NCBI GenBank assembly: GCA_038087875.1
Contig: JAXLNO010000129.1
Location: 1 to 64,000 of the forward strand
Direction of reading: 5' to 3'
Length of the DNA: 64,000 nt
DNA from: Malacoraja senta
Lineage: Eukaryota
Shown piece by piece: positions 36,658 to 52,059 of this stretch; position 1 is the first letter of the stretch, and each line of letters begins with the position of its first letter. Under the pieces are notes generated by a model, which saw nothing but the letters and a program-made list of their open reading frames with translations, was not told the origin of the DNA and did not search any database. A program made the position numbers and the translations under genes.

Positions 36658-37560
36658 ATCAGGATGCATCACAGCTTGGTTTGGAAACAGCTCCGTCCAA
36701 GACAGGAGGAAATTGCAGCATGTTGTGGACGCAGCCCAGACCATCACACAAACCAACCTCCCTTCCATTGACTCCATTCATACCTCACGCTGCCTCGGCA
36801 AGGCCAGCAGCATAATCAAGGACGAGTCGCACCCTGGCCACTCCCTTCTTCCCTCTTCCATCAGGCAAAAGATATAGAGGTGTGAAAACGCACACCACCA
36901 GATTCAGGGACAGTTTCTTTCCAGCTGTTATCAGGCAACTGAATCATCCCACCACAACCAGAGAGAAATGCTGAACTACTATCTACCTCATTGGTGACCC
37001 TCAGACTATCTTTAATTGGACTTTGCTGGATTTACCTCGCACTAAACGTTATTCCCTTATCATGTATCTATACACTATAAATGGCAATGCGACTTTTCTC
37101 CTAGTCGCATTTTCGCCCTCCCTCGCGGCCTAACAACTTGGATTGGGGCGGTGTTCCATCTGTCCCGACGTCGGAGCTTCGATCATCCCAATGAGAGGGC
37201 TTGTACATCAGGCCATCCATAGTGGCGACTGCAGAGGGTCAAGGCCCCAAACACGTCTTAACAAAAGGAGGAAGACTGACTGAACTTTATTGCCTTCCAT
37301 CACAGTGATCACTGTCGTGGATGTTTATGTTAAGTTCTATCGTTCTTTTTAATTGTGTTGTGTTCTTTTAATTTTATGGCTGCATGGTAACTCAAATATC
37401 ACTGTAGCTTAATTGGTGCATGTGACAATAAATGTGAATCTGAATCTGAATCTGAATCTTATAATCATGTATTGTCTCTCTGCTGACTGGTTAGCACGCA
37501 ACAAAAGCTTTTCACTGTACCTCGGTACACGTGACAATAAACTAAACTGAACTGAACTGG
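36658..37560 (+). mobile_element. Rex1/Babar-type LINE 3' fragment with a GC-rich SINE-like insert (about 37088-37460)
   Basis: Same sequence as 13616-14258 in + orientation. The insert ends in catgtgacaataaa followed by (GAATCT)n. Confidence 0.7.
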
Positions 37561-37766
37561 GTAATTGTCTAGTCTGCAATTATTGTTAAATGGTCAGCTT
37601 GAGTCACAGAGTCATACAGCATGGAAACAGGCCCTTCGCCCCAACCTGCTCACAGCGTCCAACTTGTCCCATCTACACTGGTCCCAGCTGCCTGCGTTTG
37701 GCGCATATCCCTCTAAACCTGTTCTATTCATGTACCTGGAATGGCAATACTCATTGCCTCAACCTT

Positions 37767-38280
37767 GCATGCTGACCGGTTGCATCGTGGCTTGGTTCGG
37801 CAACTTGAGCGCCCAGGAGCGGAAAAGACTACAAAAAGTTGTACACACTGCCCAGTCCATCATCGGCTCTGACCTCCCTACCATCGAGAGGATCTACCGC
37901 AGCCGCTGCCTCAAAAAGGCTGCCAGCATCATCAAGGACCCACACCATCCTGGCCACTCACTCATCTCCCCGCTGCCCTCAGGTAGAAGGTACAGGAGCC
38001 TGAAATCTGCAACATCCAGGTTCAGGAATAGCTACTTCCCCACAGCCATCAGGCTACTAAACTCAACATACAAAACTCTGAACATTAATAGCCCAATTCA
38101 CTTTATCTGTTTATTTATTTGTGTGTGTATATATTTATTCAATAGTATATGGACACACTGATCTGTATTTATGCCTACTATATTCTGTTGTGCTGAAGCA
38201 AAGCAAAGATTTTCATTGTCCTATCTGGGACACATGACAATAAACTCTCTTGAATCTCTCTTGAATCTTAAATCTTGAAT
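37767..38280 (+). mobile_element. Rex1/Babar-type LINE 3' fragment
   Basis: LTGCIVAWFGN...RLQKVVHTAQSIIG...IIKDPHHPGHSLISPLPSGRRYRSLKSATSRFRNSYFPTAIRLLN. Confidence 0.85.
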
Positions 38281-39014
38281 TTTGCTCAGAAAAGGTAGAA
38301 GTCCAGCATATCACAGATCATATGGTACACGTTCTCATACGGTCCCCATTGAACCAGGCAATAATCGAACTGCTGGAGAAACTCTATCGGTCGAGCAGCA
38401 TCTTTGAGGGGGAAGGAATTGTCACGATTTAGAGTCATAGAGTCATACAGGATGGAAACAGGCCCTTAGGCCCAACTTGCCCACACTGACCAACATGTCC
38501 CATCGGCACTAGTCCCACCTGCCTGCGTTTGGCCCGTGTCCCTCTAAACCTATCCTATCCATTTACCTGTCTAAATGTTTCTTAAATGTTGCGATATTAC
38601 CTGCCTTACCTACCTCCCCCAGCAGCTCGTTCCATACATCCACCACCCTTTGTGTGAAAAAGTGTTCCTATTAAATCTTTCCACCCTCACCTTAAACCTT
38701 TGTCCTCTGGTTCTCGGTTCCCCTACTCTGGGCAAGAGACTCTGTGTGTCTACCCAATCTATTCCTCGTGATTTTGTACACATCTATATGATTAGCCCTC
38801 ATCCTCCTGCGCTCCTAGCCTGCTCAACCTCTCCCTATAGCTCAGGCCCTCGAATCCTGGCAACATCTTCTCTGAGCCCGTTCAAGCTTGACATCTTTCC
38901 TGCAACAAAGTGACCAGAACTGAGTACAACTAACACCGAGGATCATTTCTTTGCACTACCATAGGCTGTTTACCTCTTGAAGAATTTTTGTATAATTTAT
39001 GTACACAGAGCATT

Positions 39015-39455
39015 TATGTGCGTTTGACGGCACTGGGCCTATACTCGCTGGAGTTTAGAAGAATGAGGGGGGACCTCATTGAAAGGTATAGAATAGTGAA
39101 AGGCTTGGGTAGAGTGGATGTGGAGAGGATGTTTCCACTAGTGGGAGAGTCTAGGACTAGAAATCATAGTCTCAGAATTAAAGGATGTTCTTTTAGGAAG
39201 ATGAGGAGGAATTTCTTTAGTCAGAGGGTGGTGGATCTGTAGAATTCTTTGCCACAGAAGGCTGTGGAGGCCAAGTCAGTGGATATATTTAAGGAAGAGA
39301 TGGATAGATTCTTGATTAGTACGGGTGTCAGAGGTTACGGGGAGAAGACAGGAGAATGGGGTTTGGAGGGAGAGATAGATTAGCCACGATTGAATGGCGG
39401 AGTAGACGTGATGGGCCGAATGGTCTCATTCGGCTCCTATCACTTATGATCTTAT
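39015..39455 (+). mobile_element. CR1 LINE 3' fragment
   Basis: LGLYSLEFRRMRGDLIE...ERMFPLVGESRTRNHSLRIKG peptide. Confidence 0.85.
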
Positions 39456-39989
39456 GTATACCTTATGTTTGAGTGTGTTGTTTGAGAGTATGTGCAGGTG
39501 ATGCTGTTGCAAGCAAGGTTTTCATTGTACTTCCACCTCATCATACTTGTGCATTCAGCAATAAACTCAATTTGAGTGGACTTGAACAGAAGTAGATAGT
39601 GGGATAAGAATAGTAGAGGCCAGGTGCAAGAGGGTAGGCTGGGATGTGTGGCAATGGGGATCATGCAGAGAAACTGGTGAGTTTATTTGTCTTCTTTTGT
39701 TTTTAGACAGACATTTAAAAGACATTTGGGCAGGTACATGGATATGAGAGGTTTAGAGGGATATGGGCCAAACACAAGCAGGTGGGACTAGTGTAGATGG
39801 GGCATTATTGGTCGACGAGGGCAAGTTGGACCGTAGGGCCTGTTTCATACTGTATGACTATGATTGCTAAATTGACTAAAAAAATTACCTTTCTGTCTGA
39901 CAATCAACCTCCGCAAAATCTAAACCGGGCCCGGCGTAAAGTTTCATGAACAATTTGCCGTGGGCCCAACTGAACTGGCTACTTGTATG

Positions 39990-40173
39990 CAAAGGAAGGA
40001 ACTGCAGATGCTGGTTTAAACCAAAGAATGCTGGAGTAACTCAGCGGGACAGACAGCGTCTCTGGAGAGAAGGAATTGGTGACGTAGTCTGAAGAAGGGT
40101 GTCGATCCGAAACGTCACCCAGTCTTTCTCTCCAGAGATGCTGCCTGTCCCACTGAGTTATTCCAGCATTTTG
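39990..40173. mobile_element. Fold-back Penelope mini-insertion with TSD and an intact hammerhead core
   Basis: TGGCTAC(T/C)TGTATG duplicated at 39976-39989 and 40174-40187. The + strand core CTGAAGA-A-GGGTGTCGATCC-GAAACGTC lies at about 40089-40116. Confidence 0.8.
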
Positions 40174-40866
40174 TGGCTACCTGTATGTGCAGACTGGTGT
40201 TCCTCGCTCTCTTTCCAGCTCTTTGCTAGCCAATAAACAGCATTGTCTTCTTGTAGGACACCCATAGCAGACAGTAACACCAGCTGAAAGGAAGCCTGCA
40301 TTGTCAAACCTATCCTGTCGTCACTTTTAATGAAGTTAAATTGGTTTCTACAACTTGGGCTTTGTCACAGTCAAGTAACGTCTAAAAGTTACAATTACAC
40401 GTAATTGGTGGGGAAATGCGAGGAAGTGATCGGTCTGTTCTACCAGGCACAGGGCTTACAGAGGCCTGGGCGGACAACTGTTACATTGTTCAATCTCCAT
40501 GACAGAGAGCAGAAGCTAGAAGCAGAGCCTGAAGTGTTCCTTCAGCTTTCTCACAGCGAAGAGTTTGACCCAGCTGTTCCTGAGAATCGAGATCCACGGC
40601 CCATCATTTTTATCTCAACGTCAACCAAGTGTCTGAAAGCTGAACATATGCTCGGGCTATTAAGTTAATCGCTGAATTGAGTCCAGAAATGGAATCAGAC
40701 CTACAACGTGCTAACAGTCTAAGTAAACTTGAAACTACATGAGTGAAATAAGTCAGCAACCACAGAATCATAGTCATTGAGCAGAACAGCACAGAAACAG
40801 GCCCTTCGGCCCTCTTTTTCCGTGCCGACCAAGTTGACATCTTGGGCTAGTCCCATTTCCCTGCAT

Positions 40867-41190
40867 TTAGTTTAGTTTAGTTTAGTTTAAGAGATACAGT
40901 GCGGAAACAGGCCCTTTAGCCCATCGAGCGTGCGCCGACCAGCAATCACCCTGTACACTAGCACTACCGCACACACTAGGGGCAATTTACTGTTTCTTTT
41001 AATCAAAGCCAATTAACCTACAAACCGCATGTCTTTGGAGTGGTGGGAGGTAACCGGAGCACCTTGAGAAAACCTATGTGGTCACAGCGAGAACGTACAA
41101 ATTCTGTATAGATAGTACCCGTAGTCAGGATCGAACCTGGGTCTCTGGCGCTATAAGTCAGCAGCTCTACCGCTGCACCACTGTGCCCCA
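40867..41190 (-). mobile_element. V-SINE
   Basis: Full reverse-oriented body with (TTTAG)n tail. Confidence 0.8.
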
Positions 41191-42321
41191 GAGCCATCTA
41201 AACCCTTCCTCTCCAAATGTCTTTTAACAGTAATTATAGATACTGTTCAAAATCTATAACTAGCATCTGGTGAAGTAGTAGCAATGGAAGGAATTGCCCC
41301 TATCACTGAAGCTGGAAATTCTTATAGTAAAGACTCATACAAACACAGGTACTGTAGGACTAATGACACCACAGTTACAGACTCAAAGAACAGCCACCAT
41401 TGTACCCCCACTCCCACTCACAACACTGACTTACAGTCAGAGCATTGCCTCAATGAGTATCACTACTCACATTAATAGTCACAAACAGTAGAACAACCTT
41501 GCTCAGAAAAAGTACAAATCCCGCTAACGGCAGATCGTCTGGTACACGTTCTCTTAAAGTCACCATTGAAACGAAGAACGTCCATCAGGCAATGAACGAA
41601 CTGCTGGAGAAACTCACTGGGTCGAGCAGCATCTTTGTGGTTGACACTCTACATCAGGACACGCTCGAGACCCTTCCCTCTCCTATCCCTCCCTTAGCCA
41701 GGTTTCTCTAATGTGTCTTTTGTATATTCTTATCTTATGTCCTCTTCGATACAAGACAAATGATGTGTAGAATTGTAAATCTGTGCCCACTCTGAACTTC
41801 AAAGAAGTCATTCACTGTTCTTAAGAACATATTCATCTCCTGCCCTTGAACTGGATTCAAACTCAGGTCTCAGCGTATGAAGTGATTTGAAACATTGCGG
41901 AGACTTGGCTGTTATATTATAAACATTATTCTAGATTAGTGAATTCTTTGCCAATAATAGAAATATCTTTGTACAAATTGGCCTTATTTAGGCAATAACC
42001 ACTGGGAAGCTGTGAGTTTTCAGGGCTGTTTGCCAATTATTTTAGTATATGTTTTGGCGTTGTGTTATATCTATATTTTCCCATATCCTCTGTGTCTTCA
42101 GCCCATCCATCAGGTAAAGCTGGGATCAGAAGTAAGCAGCCTGCTCCCAGGTTTCCTTCAGCACGCTGCAACCTTCCATTTATTCCTTTTGATAAAGACT
42201 AATCTGAGCTCAGCTGCCTCCACCGCCCTTACAGCAATGAGTCAGAGAACAGATAGTGATGGGAAAGCAGAAAAAAATTGCAAACGCAATTTGAAAACAA
42301 AATGTTGTGGAAAACCCCCAT

Positions 42322-42956
42322 CAAGATACAAGATACAAGATACATGTATTTGTCACATGTACCAATTGGTACAGTGAAATATGTGGTCGCCATACAGCCA
42401 TACGAATAATAAAGAGCACATAACACAATAGTTTTTAACACAGACATCCCCCACACAGCGGGATCAAAGTTTCCCACTGTGAGGGAAGGCTCCAAAATTC
42501 AGTCATCCTCCTCTGTTGTCCTCCCGTGGTCGTGGGGCTCCCAAACCCCCCGCTGTCGCCGCTACGGTGGGCCCGATGTTCAGGCCCGCTCGCCGGGGTG
42601 ATGGAAGTCCGACATCGGGACTGGAGGACATCCTCAGCGGCTTGGACATCCGAATCGGCCACCTCCTACCGGAATCCGCGACTCCCGAAGTCCACAGGCC
42701 GCGCTGGGCAGAGATTCAACGCCAGCGGCCCTCGGCAAAGGGTCCCAGGTCTCCGCGATGTTGAAGACTCTGAGAATAGTCGCGTCCTCGCCAGGAAGTG
42801 AGTGGGAAACGGTTTTCTCCTTACCCTAGCCCCTCCCCCACATAGAAAAGCTAGAGAAACTAAAGAAACATACTTTTAAAACTACCTAAAAAATTTTTTT
42901 AAATGGAAAAACAAACAGACTGTAGGCAGAGCCTGCCTTCAATGCGACGCCCCTAG
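42322..42956 (-). mobile_element. GC-rich non-coding retroposon with a Rex1-like 3' tail
   Basis: Minus strand ends cactgtaccaattggtacatgtgacaaata plus (TCTTGTA)n. The tail motif is shared with Rex1 fragments; the body is CpG-rich. Confidence 0.5.
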
Positions 42957-43730
42957 AATGAACGCAGTTAACCTATTCTCCTATATCAGAAATAGGAATG
43001 AAGATACAGGCAACAACACAGGAGGCAGGGCAAAGGTTTGACTCGGTGACATTGTGAAAAAGCATCATTCATTTCAATAGAGATGTAGTCAATAACATTG
43101 GGCACTTCAGGGACATGTAACTGAGTAACAATAGGAGGCGACCTAGATTAACATCAGGAGAGTTAAAGTCAGTAACAGGCCACTGGGGAAATGGGGTCAC
43201 CAGGTCACAGTGTGGGAGAATTGATGTGGAAGTGAGAGTCATTATCACACTTTGCTAGAGAGAGTCGTTAGTTGTTGTGAGCTATGTAATTCTGTTGGCT
43301 TCTACCTGATCTTCAATACTCTGCCTCAGGAATGGTGATAGTCCAGTCGAGTTCAGATTTACCTTTAGACAAGGAGTGAAACACAATAATGGGAAAGCCT
43401 CAGCCTTCATTGCATTGAAGGAGACAATTTTGTCTACTTATGATTCCAACGTTACTGATCCATGGAGTGAAGTCAAGGGTTATGGGGAAATATAGATGTA
43501 ACACATCACTGAAGCATAACCGGAGACACAAAAGAGTGAAGACACTGAAATCTTTATCAGTCGGGCCATTGAGTGTAAGAGTCAGCAAGTCATGTTGCAG
43601 CTTCATTTAGGATTTTGGTTAGGAAGCATTTGGAGCATTGTGTGCAGTTGTGGTCACCCCTTTACTGGAAGAATATGGAGGCTTTGGAGAGGGTGCAGAA
43701 GATGTTTCTCAGAATACTGCCTGGAATACT

Positions 43731-44663
43731 GAGGGCCAGGGCAGTTTACTGTTCTGGATGTCAGATGTGGGAAGTCATGGAGTCTGATAGCCCTCCAGAC
43801 GTCCACATCTACGCCAGGTGTATCGAGATGGGGCTCCTAATGGACCGTATTAGGAACCTGGAGCAGCAGCTCGATGACCTCCGTCTGGTCAGGGAGAGCG
43901 AGGAAGTCATTGAGAGGAGTTACAGGGATGTGGTCACTCCAACACCACAGGAGCCAGGCAAGTGGATCACGGTTGGGAGAGGCAAGGGGCACAGGCAGGG
44001 ACTAGAGAGTACCCCGGTGGCTGTACACCTTGACAATAAGTACTCCTGTTTGAGCACTGTTGGGGTGGACAGCCCACCTGGGGGTAGTGCAGCGGCCGGG
44101 CCTCCGGTATAGAGACTGGCCCTGTTGCTCAGAAGGGCAAGGAAAAGAAGAGGAGGGCAATACTAATAGGGGACTCTATAGTTAGGGGGTCAGACAGGCG
44201 ATTCTGTGGACGCAGTCGGGAGACCCGGATGGTAGTTTGCCTCCCTGGTGCCAGGGTCTGTGATGTGTCTCAACGTGTCCAAGATATCCTGAAAGGGCAG
44301 GGAGAGGAGCCCGAGGTCGTGATACATATAGGTACCAATGACATAGGTAAAAAAAGAGAAGAGGTCCTGAAAGGAGAATTTAGGGCGTTAGGAGGGGAGT
44401 TAAAGAGAAGGACAGCAAAGGTAACAATCTCGGGATTACTGCCTGTGCCACGCGACAGTGAGAGTAGGAATGGAGCGAGGTGGAGGATAAATGCATGGCT
44501 GAAGGACTGGTGCAGAAGGCAGGGATTCAAATTTCTGGATCATTGGGACCTCTTTTGTGGAAGGTTCGACCTGTACAAAAAGGATGGGTTGCACTTGAAC
44601 CTGAGGGGGACCGATATCCTGGCGGGGAGATCTGCAAAGGCTACTGGGGAGACTTTAAACTAG
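43731..44663 (+). pseudogene. CR1 ORF1 (Cys/zinc motif, coiled coil, SGNH/GDSL esterase), frameshifted near 44.1 kb
   Basis: CSGC...RC, IGDS(IVRG), CLPGARV, HIGTND and DGLHLN motifs. Confidence 0.85.
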
Positions 44664-44815
44664 AATGGTTGGGGGGAGGAACTCAAATAGAGAATGCTAT
44701 TAGTCAGTGTGTGAGGTAGGAGGCAGAGAAGGAAAGCACTCAGACCCAACATGTAGGGGGGAAAGAAGAAAACAATAATAAACAGAGAATAAGAGGTGGT
44801 GGGGTTCTTAAATGG

Positions 44816-47776
44816 GTGAGCAGAGAAACAGAGGGGTGTAAAATGCGGGCGGAAGCAATAGGTAGCAAGGTGAAAAGTAAAAGTGGCAGGCAGACAAATC
44901 CAGGGCAAAAATCAAAAAGAGCCACTTTTCAACATAATTGTATAAGGGGTAAGAGCGTTGTGAAAACAAGCCTGAAGGCTTTGTGTCTCAATGCAAGGAG
45001 CATTCGTAATAAGGTGGATGAGTTGAACGTGCAGATAGCAATTAATGATTATGATATAGTTGGGATCACGGAGACATGGCTCCAGGGTGACCAAGGCTGG
45101 GAGCTGAACATCCAGGGATATTCAATATTCAGGAGGAATAGAGAGAAAGGAAAAGGAGGTGGGGTAGCGTTGCTGGTTAGAGAGGAGATTAACGCAGTGG
45201 AAAGGAAGGACATTAGCTTGGAGGATGTGGAATCGGTATGGGTAGAGCTGCGAAACACTAAGGGGCAGAAAACGCTGGTGGGTGTTGTGTACAGGCCACC
45301 TAGCAGTAGTAGTGAAGTTGGGGATGGCATCAAACAGGAAATTAGAAATGCGTGCAACAAAGGCAAAACAGTTATAATGGGTGACTTCAATCTACATATA
45401 GATTGGGTGAATCAAATTGGCAGGGGTGCTGAGGAAGAGGATTTCTTGGAATGTATGCGGGATAGTTATCTAAACCAACATGTAGAGGAACCAACGAGAG
45501 AGCAGGCTATTCTAGACTGGGTATTGAGTAATGAGGAAGGGTTAGTTAGCAGTCTTGTTGTGCGTGCCCCCTTGGGCAAGAGTGACCATAATATGGTTGA
45601 GTTCTTCATTAGGATGGAGAGTGACATTGTTAATTCAGAAACAACGGTTCTGAACTTAAAGAAAGGTAATTTTGAGGGTATGAGACGTGAATTGGCCAAG
45701 ATTGACTGGCAATTAGTTCTAAAAGGGTTGACGGTGCATATGCAATGGAAGGCATTTAAAGACTGCATGGATGAACTACAAAAATTGTTCATCCCAGTTT
45801 GGCAAAAGAATAAATCAGGGAAGGTAGTGCATCCGTGGATAACAAGGGAAATCAGGGATAGTATCAAAGCAAAAGATGATGCGTACAAATTTGCCAGAAA
45901 AAGCAGCATACCAGAGGACTGGGAGAAATTCAGAGACCAACAGAGGAGGACAAAGGGCTTAATTAGGAAAGGGAAAATAGATTATGAAAGGAAACTGGCA
46001 GGGAACATAAAAACTGACTGCAAAAGTTTTTATAGATATGTGAAGAGAAAGAGATTAGTTAAAACAAATGTAGGTCCCTTGCAGTCAGAAACAGGTGAAT
46101 TGATCATGGGGAATAAGGATATGGCGGACCAATTGAATAACTACTTTGGTTCCGTCTTCACTAAGGGAGACATAAATAATCTGCCGGAAATAGCAGGGGG
46201 CCGCGGGTCAAAGGAGATGGAGGAACTGAGTGAAATCCAGGTTAGTCGGGAAGTGGTGTTGGGTAAATTGAATGGATTAAAGGCCGATAAATCACCAGGG
46301 CCAGATAGGCTGCATCCCAGAGTACTTAAGGAAGTAGCTCCAGAAATAGTGGATGCATTAGTGATAATTTTTCAAAACTCCTTAGATTCTGGAGTAGTTC
46401 CTGAGGATTGGAGGGTAGCAAACGTAACCCCACTTTTTAAGAAGGGAGGGAGAGAGAAAATGGGGAATTACAGACCAGTTAGTCTAACATCGGTAGTGGG
46501 GAAACTGCTAGAATCAGTTATTAAAGATGGGATAGCAGCACATTTGGAAAGTGGTGAAATCATTGGACAAAGTCAGCATGGATTTACGAAAGGTAAATCG
46601 TGTCTGACGAATCTTATAGAATTTTTCGAGGATGTAACTAGTAGAGTGGATAGGGGAGAACCAGTGGATGTGTTGTATCTGGACTTTCAGAAGGCTTTCG
46701 ACAAGGTACCACATAAGAGATTAGGATACAAACTTAAATCACACGGTATTGGGGGTTCAGTATTGATGTGGATATAGAACTGGCTGGCAAACAGGAAGCA
46801 AAGAGTAGGAGTAAACGGATCCTTTTCACAATGGCAGGCAGTGACTAGTGGGGTACCGCAAGGCTCAGTGCTTGGACCCCAGCTATTTACAATTTATATT
46901 AATGATCTGGACGAGGGAATTGAAAGCAACATCAAGTTTGCGGATGACACTAAGCTGGGGGGCAGTGTTAGCTGTGAGGAGGATGCTAGGAGACTGCAAG
47001 GTGACTTGGATAGGCTGGGTAAGTGGGCAAATGTTTGGCAGATGCAGTATAATGTGGATAAATGTGAGGTTATCCACTTTGGTGGCAAAAACGGGAAGGC
47101 AGACTATTATCTAAATGGTGGCCGATTAGGAAATGGGGAGATGCAGTGAGACCTGGGTGTCATGGTACACCAGTCATTGAAAGTAGGCATGCAGGTGCAG
47201 CAGGCAGTGAAGAAAGCGAATGGTATGTTGGCCTTCATAGCAAGAGGATTTGAGTATAGGAGCAGGGAGGTTCTACTGCAGTTGTACAGGGTCTTGGTGA
47301 GACCACACCTGGAGTATTGCATACAGTTTTGGTCTCCAAATCTGAGGAAGGACATTATAGCCATAGAGGGAGTGCAGAGAAGGTTCACCAGACTGATTCC
47401 TGGGATGTCAGGACTTTCATATGAAGAAAGACTGGATAGACTTGGCTTATACTCGCTAGAATTTAGGAGATTGAGAGGGGATCTTATAGAAACGTACAAA
47501 ATTCTTATGGGGTTGGACAGGCTAGATGCAGGAAGATTGTTCCCGATGTTGGGGAAGTCCAGGACAAGGGGTCACAGCTTAAGGATAAGGGGGAAATCCT
47601 TTAGGACCGAGATGAGGAAAAACTTTTTCACACAGAGAGTGGTGAATCTCTGGAACTCTCTGCCACAGAGGGTAGTTGAGGCCAGTTCATTGGCTATATT
47701 TAAGAGGGAGTTAGATGTGGCCCTGGTGGCTAAGGGGATCAGGGGGTATGGAGAGAAGGCAGGTACGGGATACTGA
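44816..47776 (+). pseudogene. CR1 ORF2 (APE endonuclease plus reverse transcriptase) in one frame with two nonsense mutations
   Basis: ORFs 44816-46777, 46841-47149 and 47162-47776 share a frame. TAG at 46775 is GAG in the 27.9 kb copy; TGA at 47147 is CGA in the 53.4 kb copy. Confidence 0.92.
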
Positions 47777-49616
47777 GTTGGATGATCAGCCATGATCATA
47801 TTGAATGGCGGTGCAGGCTCGAAGGGCCGAATGGCCTACTCCTGCACCTATTTTCTATGTATCTATCTATGTACTAGAGAGTTTTACCTGTGAGGAAAGG
47901 TTAGATGAACTTAGATTATTTTTTCTGGAGCAACAGAGGCTGAGGAGAGACCTGATAGAAGTATATAAAATTATGAGAGGTAGGAATAACATAAATAAAT
48001 AGGAATAATAGAACATATAGAATCTTTCAGGCACATGGAACTAGCCGAATATGTCATCTTGGTCGGCATGGATAAGGTGAGCTGAAGAGGTGATATTTTA
48101 CCTCATGGATTCCAGCTCCAGCTCCAGACCTCCCAGTTCAGACCCAACTCTTGGTTCAGACAGTCGATCTGCCATTTTTCACAACAGTTCTCCTTCCGTG
48201 CCCTGCGATCTACACTGCGTGCGATGCACCGGCACCAACAGGCCCTCGCTCTGAATCTCCCAGAGCTCCGGGCCTCACTCACCCACACCCGCAACAGACC
48301 ACAACTGCACTTTATCCAACGCCAGATCCACGCTCTCCAACAAACACTTCCTCTCCTACCTGGACTCCACAAATGATCACAAACACGCTCTCCTCCAGAC
48401 GCTCCTTCCACCGCCACACCTTGACCCGCCCGCCCGCCTGCCAGCCCGCAGGCCTGGGGCTCCACCGCTGGCCCGCGCCACCTGCCCGACCACCACGAAG
48501 CCCAGACCGCGACGCCATTGCCTCCACGAGGAGCAGCACTAACACACACCGCCTCCCCGATGCCACCGCTGCCGCTGACCCTCGCCGCCTCCCTGTCCAT
48601 CCGCTGACCGGGACTACCGACGCTTCATCCGCTGACCCAGACTCCAGTCCCCCGCGGGCCTCCACCAGCGACTCCACCGATCCTCGCCACTCCACGGCCA
48701 CCAGCGGGCCACAGCCGTTGCCTTACCTGAGTCCCAGGCTCAGCACCGGGCCTACAGTCTCTCCAATGCAGACTCCTACACCATGTGGTCTGACTGTGCT
48801 GGGTCCTACTGCTCCCCCCCCCCCACAACAGGGAACCTCAGTGGGGGTTCCACAGGGTCTTTCCCTTCCCCTTTTAACCAGGTGACCCCAGCTACTCCCC
48901 ACCCACACAATAGTCCTCATGCCCCCCTCCTCTTTGAACACCCACCATCCCCTCCACCAGACATCGCCTCGGCCTCCATCTACTTACTTGCTTTCCTCTG
49001 ACCCCAACCCCCACCCTTGCCATGTGTTCACCATCCCCCCTGACCTCCCCCTTTCTGATACGGAACGGTCTGTCCTCAGCAGAGGCCTCACCTTTGTTCC
49101 CCTCCGTCCCCACCTCAACGAGTTCCGGGTCCGCCACGATCTAGAGCTCTTCTTCCGTCGCCTGTGGCCTTTTTTCTATGGGAAGCAGTCCTCACCACCC
49201 AGTCATGACCCCTTCTCCCTTCTCCAACGTACCACCTCCTATTGGACTCCCCTGGATGGCCTTCGACCTTCTTTAGACCTTTTCATTTTAAACTGCCGGT
49301 GGGACATCAACTGCCTCAACTTCTCCACTCCCCTTACCTACTCTAACCTCTCCCCCCCTGAATGTACAACCCTCCACTCACTCTGCAGCAACCCCGTCTT
49401 GATAATCGAACCCGCCGACAAGGGAGGTGCCGTAGTAGTCTGGCGCTCTGATCTCTACCGGGCTGAGGCCAGGTGACAACTCTCAAACACCTCCTCCTAC
49501 TTATCCTTGGACCATGACCCCACAGACGAGCAGCAGACCTTAATATCACACATCATTTCTGATTTTATTACTTCCGGCTCTCTGCCCTCTAAAGCCTCCA
49601 ATTTTATCGTTCCCCA

Positions 49617-50912
<1,296 letters not shown>

Positions 50913-52059
50913 GTACCCCAGCCCCGCACGGCCCGATTTTATCTTCTCCCCAAAATCCACAAACAGAACTATCCTGACAGACCCATTGTTTCTGCTTGTT
51001 CATGTCACACCAAATTAATTTCCACATACCTCAACTCCATCCTACCCCCCTGCTCCAATCCCTCCCCACTTATGTCCAAGACACCTCACACGTTCTTCAT
51101 GTCTTCAATGACTTCCGTTTTCCAGGCCCCCACTCCCTCATCTTCACCATGGATGTCCAGTCATTCTACACCTCCATCCCCCACCAGGAGGGTCTTAAAG
51201 CCCTCCGTTTCTTCCTCGACTGCAAAACCAGCCAATTTCCGTCTACTAATACTCTCCTCAGCCTGGCAGAGCTGGTCCTTATCCTCAACAACTTCTCCTT
51301 TGACTCCTCCCACTTCCTCCAAATCCAAGGCGTAGCTATGGGCACTCGCATGGGCCCTAGCTATGCCTGTCTCCTTGTAGGGTAGGTCGAACAATCACTG
51401 TTCCAGGCATACACTGGCCCTGTCCTTGAACTCTACCTCCGCTACATTGACGACTGCATCGGTGCTGTCTACTGTACCCATGCAGAACTCACTGACTTCA
51501 TCAACTTCATGAATAATTTCCATCCTGTACTCAAATTCACGTGGACCATCTCCAACATCTCCCTACCGTTTCTGGATCTCACCGTCTCCATCACAGGAGA
51601 CAGACTATTGACCGACATCTACTACAAACCCACTGACTCCCATAACTATCTTGACTACACTTCTTCCCACCCTGCTTCCTGTAAAGACTCTATCCTCTGC
51701 TCCCAATTCCTCCATCTCTGCCGCTTCTGCGCCCAGGATGAGATGTTCCATACTAGATCATCGGAGATGTCCTCTTTAGGAAACGGGGTTTCCCTCTTCC
51801 ATTATGGATGAGGCTCTCATGAGGGTCTCCTCGATATCCCGCAGCTCTTCTCTTGCTCCCCCTCCCCCCATTCGCAACATGGACAGGGTTCCCCTGTCCT
51901 CGCCTTCCACCCCATCAGCCGTCGCATACAGCATATAATCCTCCAACATTTTTGCCACCTCCAACGGGATCCCACTACTGGCCACATCTTCCCATCTCCA
52001 CCCTTAACCAAAACGTGTTAGCCTTGATTTGTTTAGTGTAAATGTAGTTTTAGAACCAT

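Larger units (their letters stand above)
43731..47872 (+). mobile_element. Near full-length CR1 LINE inserted inside an older CR1 fragment
   Basis: ORF1, ORF2 and a (TATCTATG)-type tail. The host peptide ...LERVQKMFLRILPG continues after the insert as LESFTCEERLDELRLFFLEQQRLRRDLIEVYK. Confidence 0.95.

Noticed and set aside
40405..40668. 87-aa ORF and a possible minus-strand exon in unique sequence
   Set aside because: Conflicting strand readings, no recognisable homology and weak splice support.
43300..43480. Possible exon on either strand
   Set aside because: Both readings are about equally plausible and one runs into CR1-like sequence; it cannot be supported.
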